A stretch of 64,000 nt of DNA from positions 5,450 through 69,449 of the forward strand of contig JAXIUI010000008.1 of the NCBI GenBank assembly GCA_034680725.1, given 5' to 3'. Shown here piece by piece: positions 42,696-53,436 of the stretch (its first letter is position 1; every line of letters starts with the position of its first letter). Source of the DNA: Polynucleobacter sp. (lineage in GTDB: Bacteria; Pseudomonadota; Gammaproteobacteria; Burkholderiales; Burkholderiaceae). The position numbers and the translations under genes were made by a program. The notes below the pieces were generated by a model, which made no database searches, was not told where the DNA came from, and was given only the letters and a program-made list of their open reading frames with translations.

Positions 42696-44036
42696 ATGGA
42701 ATTTGAAATGTTAGATCAAGAAACAGCCGGCAAAACCATTATTAAAGTGGTTGGAGTTGGTGGTGCAGGTGGTAATGCAGTTCAGCACATGATTCGTCGC
42801 GGTGTAAATGGCGTAGAGTTTATTTGCATGAACACCGATGCGGGCGCTTTACAGCGTTCTGAGGCATCTGTGAATTTGCAACTAGGCTCTAGCGGACTCG
42901 GTGCTGGCGCAAAACCTGAAATCGGTGCAGCTTCTGCTCAGGAAGCTCGTGCACGTATTGCCGATACCTTGCAGGGCGCACACATGGTGTTTATTACTGC
43001 AGGCATGGGTGGCGGTACTGGTACGGGTGCAGCTCCAATCGTTGCGCAAGTTGCTAAAGAGATGGGCATTTTGACTGTTGGTGTGATCAGTAAGCCATTT
43101 GATTTTGAGGGCGTGAAGCGTTTGAAGGTTGCTGAAAACGGCGCTGCTGAGCTCGAGTCATATGTTGATTCATTAATTGTTGTTCTCAATGAAAAGCTCT
43201 TCGAAGTGATGGGTGAAGATGCAGAGTTTGACAAGGCATTTGCTTGTGCTGATGATGTATTGCATAACGCTGTTTCAGGCATTGCAGAAATTATCAACGT
43301 ACAAGGCTTAATTAACGTCGACTTTGAGGACGTGAAAACTGTGATGGGTGAGCAGGGTAAAGCGATGATGGGAACGGCGACTGTTTCAGGCATGGATCGT
43401 GCCCGTTTGGCTGCTGAAGCTGCTGTTGCTTCACCACTGTTGGAAGGCGTTGATCTCTCTGGTGCGCGTGGCGTACTAGTAAATATCACTGCTAGCCGCT
43501 CATTGAAATTATCTGAAACTCGTGAAGTAATGGCTGCAATTCGTGGCTATGCTGCTGATGATGCTACTGTGATTTTCGGCACTGTTTATGATGAGAGTTT
43601 GGGTGATGCATTGCGCGTAACTGTAGTTGCAACTGGTTTGAATAATCCACAGGCTCGTCAAAGTCATCAACCTGAAGTTGTTTGGAGACAAGCTACTGGT
43701 ACCCATGATGCAATGCCAACGATGGCCGATCTCAATAGTTTTGCGCCAGCAAGTGCCTCCGCGGCGATGAGTAAGGTGGGTTTAGACTCAGCTTTGAGCG
43801 TTAGCGCTGGATTAGCGCAGACAGGCGCTGGTGGCATGCCATCAATGACTAGTCAGGCAGCAGCGGGCAGTGTTGATTACAGCCAATATGATTTGCCACG
43901 CGTATTCCGTAGCTCTCGTGAGGCTGTGCAAGCCCCTACATTGGGTGCTGATAGCTCTCCTCAGGCAAAAACCATGTTGGATAAGGGGGCTGATTATTAC
44001 GAAATCCCTGCTTTTTTACGTAAGCAAGCAGACTAA
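42696..44036 (+). CDS. ftsZ: Cell division protein FtsZ
   Basis: GGGTGTG tubulin signature, NVDFEDV, C-terminal IPAFLRKQAD; AGGAGG SD. Confidence 0.99.
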   Translation: MEFEMLDQETAGKTIIKVVGVGGAGGNAVQHMIRRGVNGVEFICMNTDAGALQRSEASVNLQLGSSGLGAGAKPEIGAASAQEARARIADTLQGAHMVFITAGMGGGTGTGAAPIVAQVAKEMGILTVGVISKPFDFEGVKRLKVAENGAAELESYVDSLIVVLNEKLFEVMGEDAEFDKAFACADDVLHNAVSGIAEIINVQGLINVDFEDVKTVMGEQGKAMMGTATVSGMDRARLAAEAAVASPLLEGVDLSGARGVLVNITASRSLKLSETREVMAAIRGYAADDATVIFGTVYDESLGDALRVTVVATGLNNPQARQSHQPEVVWRQATGTHDAMPTMADLNSFAPASASAAMSKVGLDSALSVSAGLAQTGAGGMPSMTSQAAAGSVDYSQYDLPRVFRSSREAVQAPTLGADSSPQAKTMLDKGADYYEIPAFLRKQAD

Positions 44037-44051
44037 AACACTGCTCAATAC

Positions 44052-44133
44052 AATAGTAGATTGAAAGTGCCAGCGCGGCGCCCCTCCGGACGACGAATCC
44101 TGCGCTAGCGTTGGCATACTCATCACTACTATT
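44052..44133. other. Long imperfect hairpin in the ftsZ-peroxiredoxin spacer
   Basis: Nested arms AATAGTAG/CTACTATT, TGCCAGCGC/GCGTTGGCA, GGCGC/GCGCT, GGA/TCC. Confidence 0.65.
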
Positions 44134-44158
44134 TAATGATTAACGAATTGGAGACTTT

Positions 44159-44659
44159 ATGATTGCCGTCGGACAAAAATTACCAAATGCCACCTTGTAT
44201 GAGTTTTTAGATGAAGCTACTGAGGGTTGTTCTGTTGGCCCTAATGCATTCGAAGTAGAAAAACTGGTTGCTGGTAAGAAAATTGTGATCTTTGCTTTAC
44301 CTGGTGCATTTACACCAACCTGTTCAGCTAAGCATGTTCCTGGATATGTAGAGCACTATGATGCTCTTAAAGCCAAAGGTGTTGACGAGATTTGGTGTAT
44401 TTCTGTTAATGATCCATTTGTAATGGGTGCTTGGGGTCGGGATCTGAAGGTTGGAAAAAAGGTTCGTATGTTTGGCGACGGTAGTGCAGAATTTACGAAA
44501 AAATTAGGTATGGAGTTTGATCTCACTGCACGTGGTCTAGGTGTTCGCTCACAACGCTATGCCATGATTGTTGAAGATGGCACAGTAAAAACCTTGGATC
44601 TCGAAGCGCCAGGCAAGTTTGAAGTTAGTGATGCTGCTTCTACATTAAATAAGCTGTAA
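44159..44659 (+). CDS. Peroxiredoxin (Prx5 subfamily)
   Basis: PGAFTPTCS..HVPG, VNDPFVM.AW, RSQRYAM; GGAG SD. Confidence 0.95.
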   Translation: MIAVGQKLPNATLYEFLDEATEGCSVGPNAFEVEKLVAGKKIVIFALPGAFTPTCSAKHVPGYVEHYDALKAKGVDEIWCISVNDPFVMGAWGRDLKVGKKVRMFGDGSAEFTKKLGMEFDLTARGLGVRSQRYAMIVEDGTVKTLDLEAPGKFEVSDAASTLNKL

Positions 44660-44683
44660 GAACATCTTTCTGAATTTAAAAAC

Positions 44684-45598
44684 ATGATGAAGCAACGCAC
44701 AATCGCTACTCCGATTAAAACCGTGGGGATTGGCTTGCATTCAGGGCGTAAGGTGACTTTGTCTATTAAGCCTGCGCCAGTTAATTCAGGGGTTTTATTT
44801 GTTCGTATGGATACGCCGGAGCAAGCAATTGTTCCGGCTACTGCTTTAGCTGTATGTGATACACGTCTTGCATCAGTTATTCAAAAAGATGGAGTTCGCG
44901 TTTCTACAGTTGAGCATTTGCTCTCCGCTTGTGCTGGTTTGGGACTGGATAACCTTTTGATTGAATTGGATGGTGAGGAAGTGCCCATCATGGATGGTAG
45001 TGCTGCTTCATTTTTATTCTTAATGGAATCAGCTGGCATTACAGAGCAAGAAGCGCCAAGACAATTCTTGGTGATTAAAAAATCGATTGAAGTGAGAGAT
45101 GGCGATAAACTTGCGCGCCTAGAACCCTTTTTTGGATTTAAGCTGGATTTCACGATCGACTTTAAGCATCCTGCAGTTGATAAAACTGGGCAGCGCTTTA
45201 TCGTTGATTTTGCTGAGCATGCCTATCGCAGTGAAATTGGGCGTGCACGAACTTTTGGTTTTGCCCACGAAGTAGAGGCTTTAAGAGAGATGGGTTTGGC
45301 CCGGGGCGGAAGTTTAGATAATGCAATTGTTCTGGATGAACATCGTATTCTGAATAACGAAGAGTTACGCTATGAGGATGAGTTTGTCAGGCATAAAATT
45401 TTAGATGCCATTGGCGATCTCTATTTAGTTGGGCATCCCATTGTGGGAGCTTACATTGCAGAAAAATCGGGACATGCTCTTAATAACGCTTTGTTGCGTA
45501 AATTACTTGAAGATCCTTCTGCCTATGAAATTACGGGTTTTTCAGAAAATAAAGCCCCTGCAGCCTATTCAAAAGAGAGTCAGCCCCTCTTTTTCTAG
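44684..45598 (+). CDS. lpxC: UDP-3-O-acyl-GlcNAc deacetylase
   Basis: [29 protein letters not shown]. Confidence 0.98.
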   Translation: MMKQRTIATPIKTVGIGLHSGRKVTLSIKPAPVNSGVLFVRMDTPEQAIVPATALAVCDTRLASVIQKDGVRVSTVEHLLSACAGLGLDNLLIELDGEEVPIMDGSAASFLFLMESAGITEQEAPRQFLVIKKSIEVRDGDKLARLEPFFGFKLDFTIDFKHPAVDKTGQRFIVDFAEHAYRSEIGRARTFGFAHEVEALREMGLARGGSLDNAIVLDEHRILNNEELRYEDEFVRHKILDAIGDLYLVGHPIVGAYIAEKSGHALNNALLRKLLEDPSAYEITGFSENKAPAAYSKESQPLFF

Positions 45599-45604
45599 TG
45601 CTGA

Positions 45605-46108
45605 CTATTTCGGCTTATTTCGAAGTAAACGTTTAACTGCCTTACTCAGCTCCGAATCCGGAGCTATTTTTTTGAGCAAATCCTCCCAAGAATTCCTAGC
45701 GGCAGCATTTAAACCTTTTGGTTTGATAGCTGTGTTCGCATTTTCCCTAGGCTTTACTTCCCATTGGGGCGGGTTAGGCTTGAGACGGACTTTGATGCTA
45801 GAGCAAATCACCCCATTTTTTCCTAAGCCATTGATTAAGCTAGGTAAAATCTGCTGCAGACGGGTTGCAATAGTGGCTCCACTGACCAGTAAAAAGAGCT
45901 CATTTTGACCCCCAGACCGCCAGCCAGCCTCAATCTTGGGCGCTAAATGCTCCAAATCAAGCTCATTTAATGCTGCCCTAAGGGAGTTTCTTAATTTGGC
46001 TAAATCTTCAGTTTTAGCCAAAATACCCCCGAGACCTTCAGAATCGCGCAGAAAATCCTGCCAATCATGGGCAACATTCTTGCGGGAAGGTTTTGGGGCA
46101 AAGTTCAT
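45605..46108 (-). CDS. DciA/DUF721-like protein
   Basis: Divergent from secA at the usual position; L.L.V...TIATRLQQILPSLIN.L pattern and basic C-terminus. Call rests mainly on synteny. Confidence 0.7.
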   Translation of the reverse strand: MNFAPKPSRKNVAHDWQDFLRDSEGLGGILAKTEDLAKLRNSLRAALNELDLEHLAPKIEAGWRSGGQNELFLLVSGATIATRLQQILPSLINGLGKNGVICSSIKVRLKPNPPQWEVKPRENANTAIKPKGLNAAARNSWEDLLKKIAPDSELSKAVKRLLRNKPK

Positions 46109-46161
46109 AAAAAAGAAGGTGCGGGTGATAAACTCAGGTACTTAATTTACTTCAATATCCC

Positions 46162-48930
46162 ATGGTAATCGGTCTTTTCAAAACCCTGGTCGGCAGTCGA
46201 AACGACCGCCTTTTAAAACAGTATCGCAAGGTGGTTGCCAAGGTAGGCTCTTTTGAGTCTAGTTTGCAGGCCTTAGATGATGCTGCACTTCAAGCAAAAA
46301 CGGCTGAGTTTAAGTCGCGCTTAGCTGCGGGTGAGTCCCTCGATGACATTGCGCCAGAGGCATTTGCAGTAGTTCGAGAAGCGAGTTCTCGCGTAATGAA
46401 GATGCGCCATTTTGATGCACAGATCATGGGTGGTCTAGCATTACATCAAGGCAAGATTGCGGAAATGGGAACGGGTGAAGGTAAAACCTTAACAGCGACC
46501 CTGCCTGTTTATCTCAATGCTTTGACAGGCAAAGGTGTTCATGTTGTCACAGTCAATGATTATTTGGCTCAGCGCGATGCTGAGTGGATGTCAACTCTCT
46601 ATAACTTCTTGGGTATGAAAGTTGGGGTCAATCTCTCGCAGATGGACCATACAACTAAGCAAGCAGCCTACGTTGCTGATATCACCTATGGAACCAATAA
46701 CGAGTTTGGTTTTGATTATCTGCGTGACAATATGGTCCAGGATGTTGGTCAACGTGTACAGCGTGGCTTAGCCTATGCCATCGTTGACGAAGTCGACTCC
46801 ATTTTGATTGACGAAGCACGTACACCTTTGATCATCTCTGGCCAAGCAGAAGATCAGACTGATCTGTACTTAAAGCTAAATTCTTTGCCTTCTTATTTAG
46901 AGCGTCAAATTGGCGAGGAAAAATCCGACGGTACTGGTGTTGAAAAGCCTGGCGACTACTGGGTAGATGAAAAAACTCAGCAGGTTTATCTCACCGAGCG
47001 GGGGCATGACAAGGCTGAGGCTGCTTTGGTACAGCTGGGTGCTCTGAATGATGGCGCATCTTTATACGCTCCGCAAAATATTACTTTGATGCACCATGTC
47101 TATGCTGCTCTGCGTGCGCATGCTTTGTATCATCGTGATCAGCACTATGTAGTACAAAACAAAGAAGTCATCATTGTTGATGAATTTACAGGCCGCTTAA
47201 TGCAAGGGCGTCGTTGGTCAGATGGCCTGCATCAAGCAGTGGAGGCTAAAGAAGGTGTGGCGATTCAGAATGAGAATCAAACGCTAGCAACGATTACGTT
47301 CCAAAACTATTTCCGTATGTACGGCAAGTTAGCTGGCATGACGGGAACTGCGGATACTGAAGCATACGAGTTCAAGGAGATTTATAACCTTGAGACTGTG
47401 GTAATTCCACCAAACCGAATCAGCCAGAGAAAAGATCGCCAAGATCAGATTTATAAAACTTCTCGTGAGCGTTACGATGCGGTAATTAAAGACATTCAAG
47501 ATTGCTATGAGCGTGGTCAACCTGTATTGGTTGGCACTACCTCGATTGAGAACTCAGAATTAATTGCAGGCTTATTAGATCAGCGCAAACTGCCACATCA
47601 GGTCTTAAACGCCAAGCAACATGCGCGTGAGGCAGAAATCATTGCTCAGGCGGGACGACCCAAGATGATTACGATCGCCACCAATATGGCTGGTCGTGGA
47701 ACTGACATTGTGTTGGGTGGTAATGTCGGAAAACAGTCTGCCTTGATTGAGGCGGATGCCAATTTATCCACTGTAGAAAAAGCTGCCAAGATTAAAACCT
47801 TGCAAGATGAGTGGCAAAGTTTGCATGATCAAGTGCTTTCCGCAGGTGGTTTACATATTATTGGTACTGAGCGCCATGAGAGTCGTCGTATCGACAATCA
47901 GTTGCGTGGTCGTGCGGGTCGCCAAGGCGATCATGGATCTTCACGCTTTTATCTTTCGCTAGACGACGCGTTACTCCGTATTTTTGCGGGTGATCGTCTA
48001 CGCGCAGTCATGGATCGTCTCAAAATGCCTGACGGTGAGCCCATTGAAGCAGGCATGGTGACACGTTCAATCGAGTCAGCCCAGCGTAAGGTAGAAGGCC
48101 GTAACTTTGATATTCGTAAACAATTATTAGAGTATGACGATGTCGCAAATGATCAACGCAAAGAAACCTATCGCTTAAGAAATGAAGTACTAGAAAGTAG
48201 TGATGTTGGTGATTTGGTTGCCAACTTGCGTGAAGACGTCTTGCGAGGTATTTGTGCTTTATATGTGCCCCAAGAGTCCATGGAAGAGCAGTGGGATTTG
48301 TTGGGTTTAGAGAATGTTTTATCCAGTGATTGGGGTCTTGCGGTAGATCTGAAGAATTGGGTAGAAAATGCTGAATCAATAGAAGACGAGCAGATTGTAG
48401 ATCGCGTATTGGAAGTTGCTCAGAAGGTTTACGACGCAAAAGTTGAGCTCTCGGGCCGTCCCTCTTTTGCTGGGTTTGAGCGCTCAGTATTGCTCTATAG
48501 CTTGGATACCCATTGGCGTGAACATCTAGCCGCCCTAGACCATTTGCGTCAAGGCATCCATTTGCGAGGTTACGCGCAAAAAGATCCTAAGCAAGAATAC
48601 CGCCGTGAGGCGTTTGAGTTGTACGGTGAGTTACTGAATGTCATCAAAAATGATGTTGTGAAAAACATCATGACAGTACAGATTCGCAGTGCAAGCGATT
48701 TAGATGAAGCATCTGAATCCATGAATGAAGACCTTGCGAAGCTTTCAGATCTTCAGTATCAACATGCTGATGCCGAGAGTGAGTTTGCTGAGCCTGCCGC
48801 TAGCGATCAGGAAAGTGAAATCAAGGTAGTGGCAGCCCCCATTCGATCTGGCCCTAAGGTCGGTAGAAACGACCCATGTACCTGTGGCAGTGGTAAGAAA
48901 TATAAAAACTGTTGCGGTGCATTAACTTGA
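46162..48930 (+). CDS. secA: Preprotein translocase ATPase SecA
   Basis: [35 protein letters not shown] motif [13 protein letters not shown]. Confidence 0.99.
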   Translation: MVIGLFKTLVGSRNDRLLKQYRKVVAKVGSFESSLQALDDAALQAKTAEFKSRLAAGESLDDIAPEAFAVVREASSRVMKMRHFDAQIMGGLALHQGKIAEMGTGEGKTLTATLPVYLNALTGKGVHVVTVNDYLAQRDAEWMSTLYNFLGMKVGVNLSQMDHTTKQAAYVADITYGTNNEFGFDYLRDNMVQDVGQRVQRGLAYAIVDEVDSILIDEARTPLIISGQAEDQTDLYLKLNSLPSYLERQIGEEKSDGTGVEKPGDYWVDEKTQQVYLTERGHDKAEAALVQLGALNDGASLYAPQNITLMHHVYAALRAHALYHRDQHYVVQNKEVIIVDEFTGRLMQGRRWSDGLHQAVEAKEGVAIQNENQTLATITFQNYFRMYGKLAGMTGTADTEAYEFKEIYNLETVVIPPNRISQRKDRQDQIYKTSRERYDAVIKDIQDCYERGQPVLVGTTSIENSELIAGLLDQRKLPHQVLNAKQHAREAEIIAQAGRPKMITIATNMAGRGTDIVLGGNVGKQSALIEADANLSTVEKAAKIKTLQDEWQSLHDQVLSAGGLHIIGTERHESRRIDNQLRGRAGRQGDHGSSRFYLSLDDALLRIFAGDRLRAVMDRLKMPDGEPIEAGMVTRSIESAQRKVEGRNFDIRKQLLEYDDVANDQRKETYRLRNEVLESSDVGDLVANLREDVLRGICALYVPQESMEEQWDLLGLENVLSSDWGLAVDLKNWVENAESIEDEQIVDRVLEVAQKVYDAKVELSGRPSFAGFERSVLLYSLDTHWREHLAALDHLRQGIHLRGYAQKDPKQEYRREAFELYGELLNVIKNDVVKNIMTVQIRSASDLDEASESMNEDLAKLSDLQYQHADAESEFAEPAASDQESEIKVVAAPIRSGPKVGRNDPCTCGSGKKYKNCCGALT

Positions 48931-49000
48931 TATGGTGACTTTCTAAGGAGTTCTGGAACGCAAGGACTCTATAAGAAGTCTCCTCTACAATTGTCAGATC

Positions 49001-50236
49001 ATGACAGTTAATCTACCCCTCCCCCAAAAAGACCAATTAAAGCCTGTCAAAGGCTTTGAAATGGGTATAGCCGAAGCAGGAATTAAGAAGGCAAATCGCA
49101 AAGACGTTTTAGTAATGACCCTAGCTCCTGGATCACAGCTTGCTGGCGTATTTACTTTAAATCGGTTTTGTGCGGCTCCTGTCCAAGTATGTCGTGAGCA
49201 TTTGGCCTTGGGTGATGCCAAAGGTGGAATCCGTGCCTTGGTGGTCAACACTGGTAATGCCAATGCGGGAACTGGAGAGCGGGGAATGCGAGATGCTTTG
49301 GCAACCTGTGATGCACTTGCTAAGGAGCTAAAGTTAAATCCAGAACAAATCCTGCCATTTTCAACGGGGGTGATTCTGGAGCCGCTTCCTATTGAAAAGT
49401 TGATTGCTGGCCTACCTAAGGCAGTTGCTAATTTAAATGCAGATCATTGGTTAGATGCTGCCGAGGCAATTATGACGACCGATACTCAGCCCAAGGCAAG
49501 CTCGGTATCCATTCAAACGCCGGCTGGTGCAGTAACGATTACCGGCATTTGTAAAGGTGCTGGAATGATTCATCCTAATATGGCAACCATGCTTGGGTTT
49601 ATTGCAACTGATGCTGGCTTTGCTCCTGGCCTACTCAGTCAGTTGACGCAAGAGGTGGCCGATCTTTCATTCAATGCTATTACGATTGATGGTGATACTT
49701 CAACAAATGATTCCTTCATCATCATGGCTACAGGGCAGTCTTCAGTTCAGGTACAGTCTGCTGATGATCCAAATTATGGTGTGCTGCGCAAGGCATTAAT
49801 TGATATTTCTCGTCAGTTAGCTCAAATGATTGTGAGAGACGGTGAGGGCGCCACTAAATTTATGACAATCGAAGTTTTGGGTGGCAAAACCAATGAAGAA
49901 TGCCGCTTGGTCGCAGAGGCTGTAGCACATTCTCCATTAGTGAAAACGGCCTTTTTTGCAAGTGACCCGAACTTAGGGCGGATTCTTGCGGCAATTGGTT
50001 ATGCTGGTATTGCAGACCTCGATGTTAATCAAGTCCAGATGTGGCTTGGAGATGTTTGGGTGGCTAAAAATGGTGGGCGCCACCCTGACTACCAAGAGGC
50101 TGATGGCCAAAGAGTGATGCAGGCACCCGAAATTACGGTCAAGATTGATTTGGGGAGAGGTACTGCATCTCAAACGATGTGGACTTGTGACTTGTCTCAT
50201 GACTATGTTTCTATTAATGCAGATTACCGCTCATAG
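49001..50236 (+). CDS. argJ: Bifunctional ornithine acetyltransferase/N-acetylglutamate synthase
   Basis: [28 protein letters not shown] autocleavage site, DGEGATK. Confidence 0.97.
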   Translation: MTVNLPLPQKDQLKPVKGFEMGIAEAGIKKANRKDVLVMTLAPGSQLAGVFTLNRFCAAPVQVCREHLALGDAKGGIRALVVNTGNANAGTGERGMRDALATCDALAKELKLNPEQILPFSTGVILEPLPIEKLIAGLPKAVANLNADHWLDAAEAIMTTDTQPKASSVSIQTPAGAVTITGICKGAGMIHPNMATMLGFIATDAGFAPGLLSQLTQEVADLSFNAITIDGDTSTNDSFIIMATGQSSVQVQSADDPNYGVLRKALIDISRQLAQMIVRDGEGATKFMTIEVLGGKTNEECRLVAEAVAHSPLVKTAFFASDPNLGRILAAIGYAGIADLDVNQVQMWLGDVWVAKNGGRHPDYQEADGQRVMQAPEITVKIDLGRGTASQTMWTCDLSHDYVSINADYRS

Positions 50237-50247
50237 GAAACTAGAAT

Positions 50248-51108
50248 ATGAATGAAAAATTAGATCGACTCTTAAGTCACCTTGAAACATTTCTACCTAA
50301 ACCGTTAACTGAAGAGCAGTGGAAATCCTCTACTGCATTTAGGTGGCGTCGCCGCGACAGTATTTTTGGTAGCATCGGTTTTTTGCAGCCAGTCAAGCAT
50401 GTGGCTGACATTAGCTTTGAGGATTTGCAAAATATCGATCGTCAGCGTGATGCAATTCGTGACAATACCAAAAACTTTATTCAAAAAAAGCCGGCAAATA
50501 ATATTTTACTAACCGGCGCGCGAGGCACCGGAAAATCTTCCTTAATTAAAGCTAGCCTTCATGAATTTGCGAGTCAAGGTCTTCGCTTAGTTGAAGTCGA
50601 GAAGGAGCATTTAGCCGATCTGGCCGACATCACTGAGTTACTGGCTGATAGACCAGAACGTTTTATTATTTTTTGTGATGATCTCTCTTTTGAGGATGGC
50701 GAGTCTGGATATAAAGCCATGAAATCTGCCCTGGATGGATCGGTGTCTGCTCAGGTTGACAATACTTTGATCTATGCTACTTCGAATAGACGTCATTTAT
50801 TGCCAGAGTACATGAAAGATAACGAGGGCTATGTTCATAGCGATGATGGTGAAATTCATCCTGGTGAAGTGGTTGAGGAAAAAATTTCTTTATCTGAGCG
50901 CTTTGGTTTATGGCTTTCTTTTTACCCTCCCAAGCAAGATGAATATTTAACAATCGTGGCACATTGGTTGCGCCATTTTGGTTTGAGTGATTCGCAAATA
51001 GAAGCTGCTCGAGCAGATGCATTGGTTTGGGCCTTAGAGCGGGGTTCTCGTTCTGGTCGCGTCGCTTGGCAATTTGCTAAGCACTGGGCTGGCTCGCATG
51101 CGAAGTAA
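50248..51108 (+). CDS. AAA+ ATPase, DUF815 family
   Basis: PANNILLTGARGTGKSSL, FCDDLSFE, YATSNRRHL, SLSERFGL. Confidence 0.9.
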   Translation: MNEKLDRLLSHLETFLPKPLTEEQWKSSTAFRWRRRDSIFGSIGFLQPVKHVADISFEDLQNIDRQRDAIRDNTKNFIQKKPANNILLTGARGTGKSSLIKASLHEFASQGLRLVEVEKEHLADLADITELLADRPERFIIFCDDLSFEDGESGYKAMKSALDGSVSAQVDNTLIYATSNRRHLLPEYMKDNEGYVHSDDGEIHPGEVVEEKISLSERFGLWLSFYPPKQDEYLTIVAHWLRHFGLSDSQIEAARADALVWALERGSRSGRVAWQFAKHWAGSHAK

Positions 51109-51120
51109 AGCATTACTGTA

Positions 51121-51537
51121 ATGACTCAGCTTGATCGGCCCATTACTGAGGTTGCCGCAGGTATTTTGCTCGACTCAACCGGGCGCTATCTTTTAGGCCA
51201 ACGACCTGAAGGCAAGCCCTATGCCGGTTACTGGGAAGTCCCCGGTGGAAAAATTGAGGCTGGCGAATCTGTATTTGATGCGCTTAAACGTGAGCTCCAG
51301 GAAGAACTTGGTATTGATATACAAGAGAGTGAAGAGCTACTGGTTTTAGAGCACGACTATCCTCATGCATATGTACGCTTACATGTCAGCATCATCCGAC
51401 AATGGCAAGGTCTTCCTCAGGGGCGAGAGGGTCAGGCTCTATCTTGGGAAATACTTACAGCAGCAAAGCCCAGTGTTGAGCCTTTATTGCCAGCCGCATG
51501 GCCAATGCTTGAGAAGCTAAGATCACTAAAGATTTAA
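51121..51537 (+). CDS. mutT: Nudix hydrolase, MutT-like
   Basis: Nudix box GGKIEAGESVFDALKRELQEELG; G.EGQ.L.W. Confidence 0.85.
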   Translation: MTQLDRPITEVAAGILLDSTGRYLLGQRPEGKPYAGYWEVPGGKIEAGESVFDALKRELQEELGIDIQESEELLVLEHDYPHAYVRLHVSIIRQWQGLPQGREGQALSWEILTAAKPSVEPLLPAAWPMLEKLRSLKI

Positions 51538-52286
51538 AGCTGGCAGAGGGTGAGCCTAAAAGGGACATCCACATTAACGATTTGTGGCTTCTTATCTCGA
51601 TCAGATTTCAGAAAACGAATCGACAGCAAATATTTGTTTGCACTAATTTCTGAGAAGAGTAAATCATCTTCAATGGAAATACGCATGAGTTGGTAAACTT
51701 TTCCTGAAGGCGCTTGCTGAAAAGATCCTTTATGCGCTACAACATCTTTTGCTTCACCAGATTGGCGCAGGAGGCGCAAAAATATTTGACATGCTTCCTG
51801 CCATGGCAAGAGAGGAGCAACATAATTTTCTAATAACTCTCTACGCTGATGTGAAGGACTATTTTTCCAAGCATGATAACTAGGCAAATCAATCGGACTA
51901 GTGCCCCCTGGAATATTGAGGCGAGTACGAATGGCATTAAGCCATTCACTTTCAGTGATGATGGAATTTGGTTTGCCCAATGATTGATTGATATTGAGTG
52001 CAGCTTTATCAATTTCAGAGAGGGTTTGTAATAAGGCTTCTTGATCGACCTTCTGAGAAGACCGTAAACCATTGAGGGCGTATTTTTGACGTTCAAATTC
52101 TTTTAGTAATAAAGACTTGATGTCGCCACGAGAGCCGATATCGCCTAAATCAAATAGTATGGCAATTGCATTGTGATGAAGTTCAGGATCATCGGATCTT
52201 AAGAAATGATTAAAGCGAGCGAACAAATACTCAAGCCGAAGCATGCTTCGAACTAATTCATTGAAGGGGTATTCGTAGACGATCAC
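51534..52286 (-). CDS. zapD: Cell division protein ZapD
   Basis: IVYEYPFNE..R..LRLE, IPGGT..DLP, EISANKY, C-terminal L.LC; follows coaE. Confidence 0.93.
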   Translation of the reverse strand: MIVYEYPFNELVRSMLRLEYLFARFNHFLRSDDPELHHNAIAILFDLGDIGSRGDIKSLLLKEFERQKYALNGLRSSQKVDQEALLQTLSEIDKAALNINQSLGKPNSIITESEWLNAIRTRLNIPGGTSPIDLPSYHAWKNSPSHQRRELLENYVAPLLPWQEACQIFLRLLRQSGEAKDVVAHKGSFQQAPSGKVYQLMRISIEDDLLFSEISANKYLLSIRFLKSDRDKKPQIVNVDVPFRLTLCQL

Positions 52287-52297
52287 AAGCCTATATT

Positions 52298-52981
52298 CTA
52301 TGACGAACTAGGCGACTCTTTCCCAATTTTCAGTATTTTTTGGTGCAGATTGAAAACGGCTGTTTTCAGCATCTCTAAATCACCCTCATTTTCGATAACA
52401 GCATCTGCAGAAGCAAGCCGTGTTGCGCGGCTAGTTTGCGCATTCAAAATGCCCATGACTGCTTCACGAGGCATATTGTTGCGGTGCATCACGCGAGCAA
52501 TTTGAGTTTCTTCTGGGCAATCAACTACAACAAGGTAGTCGATAAGATTGAGCCATGAGCCTGATTCAATGAGGAGGGGAACAACAAAAACAAGATAGGT
52601 GACGCCTGATTGTGCCAATGAAATAGCTTGTTTGACGGTCTCTTCTCGAATGAGAGGATGGGTAATTTGTTCCAGTGTTTGTCTAGCACCAGAATCGCCG
52701 AATACTAGGGCGCGCATTTTTGGGCGATCAAGGGCGCCCTGGGAAGTCAGATATTCATTCCCAAATGCATTTTGAATACCGGCAATTGCGCTACCACCAG
52801 CGGCAGTGATTTCATGTGAGATCAAGTCTGTATCGATAATTCCTGCGCCAAGCGTATCGAGTAGATCGCTCACAGTAGTTTTGCCAGAACCGATACCACC
52901 AGTTAATCCGATGAGGGGGAGCATCCCTTTGAGGGAGGCTAAATCAGTTTGGCAAGAAAGTTTTGAATGAATTGAGGCCAT
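52298..52981 (-). CDS. coaE: Dephospho-CoA kinase
   Basis: GLTGGIGSGKTT, LDR..., THPLI, VPLLIE. Alternative start ATG 52924. Confidence 0.96.
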   Translation of the reverse strand: MASIHSKLSCQTDLASLKGMLPLIGLTGGIGSGKTTVSDLLDTLGAGIIDTDLISHEITAAGGSAIAGIQNAFGNEYLTSQGALDRPKMRALVFGDSGARQTLEQITHPLIREETVKQAISLAQSGVTYLVFVVPLLIESGSWLNLIDYLVVVDCPEETQIARVMHRNNMPREAVMGILNAQTSRATRLASADAVIENEGDLEMLKTAVFNLHQKILKIGKESPSSS

Positions 52982-53436
52982 AACAACTCAATAATGCCAG
53001 CAATGGCCAAAAATGGGCCAAATGGAAAAGTTTGATTCAATTTTTGTTTGTTCAATTTTAGCCAAGCAAGGCCACCCATAAGCCCAAAAAATGAAGCAAT
53101 CAAAAGGATATTGGGGAGCGCGGCCCATCCCAGCCATGCTCCAAGAGCTGCCAGGAGTTTGGCATCGCCCATACCAATTCCGTTACGCCCTTTTATAGTC
53201 TGATACCCAGTATTAAGAGCCCATAAAATCCCATATCCAAGAATTGCGCCAAGCAAGGCGGATGAGATTTTAGTAAATCCTGTGTCGCTGATAGCGTTAA
53301 AGATAATCCCGAAGCAGATTAAGGGTAATGTGACATGGTCAGGTAGACGAAAGGTGCGCCAATCAATATAGGCCAGGTACAGTAAGCTCAATATCAGCAA
53401 TACCTTTGCTATGAAATGAATGAATTCTGTATTCAT
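52939..53436 (-). CDS. pilD: Prepilin peptidase, A24 family, short form
   Basis: Both catalytic Asp regions present (IDW..F.LPD; GMGDAKL), PFGPFLA; no N-terminal Cys-rich domain. Confidence 0.85.
   Translation of the reverse strand: MNTEFIHFIAKVLLILSLLYLAYIDWRTFRLPDHVTLPLICFGIIFNAISDTGFTKISSALLGAILGYGILWALNTGYQTIKGRNGIGMGDAKLLAALGAWLGWAALPNILLIASFFGLMGGLAWLKLNKQKLNQTFPFGPFLAIAGIIELLWPQFIQNFLAKLI

Noticed and set aside
43650-43990. Long Ala/Ser/Gln-rich stretch in FtsZ
   Set aside because: This is the known variable disordered C-terminal linker.
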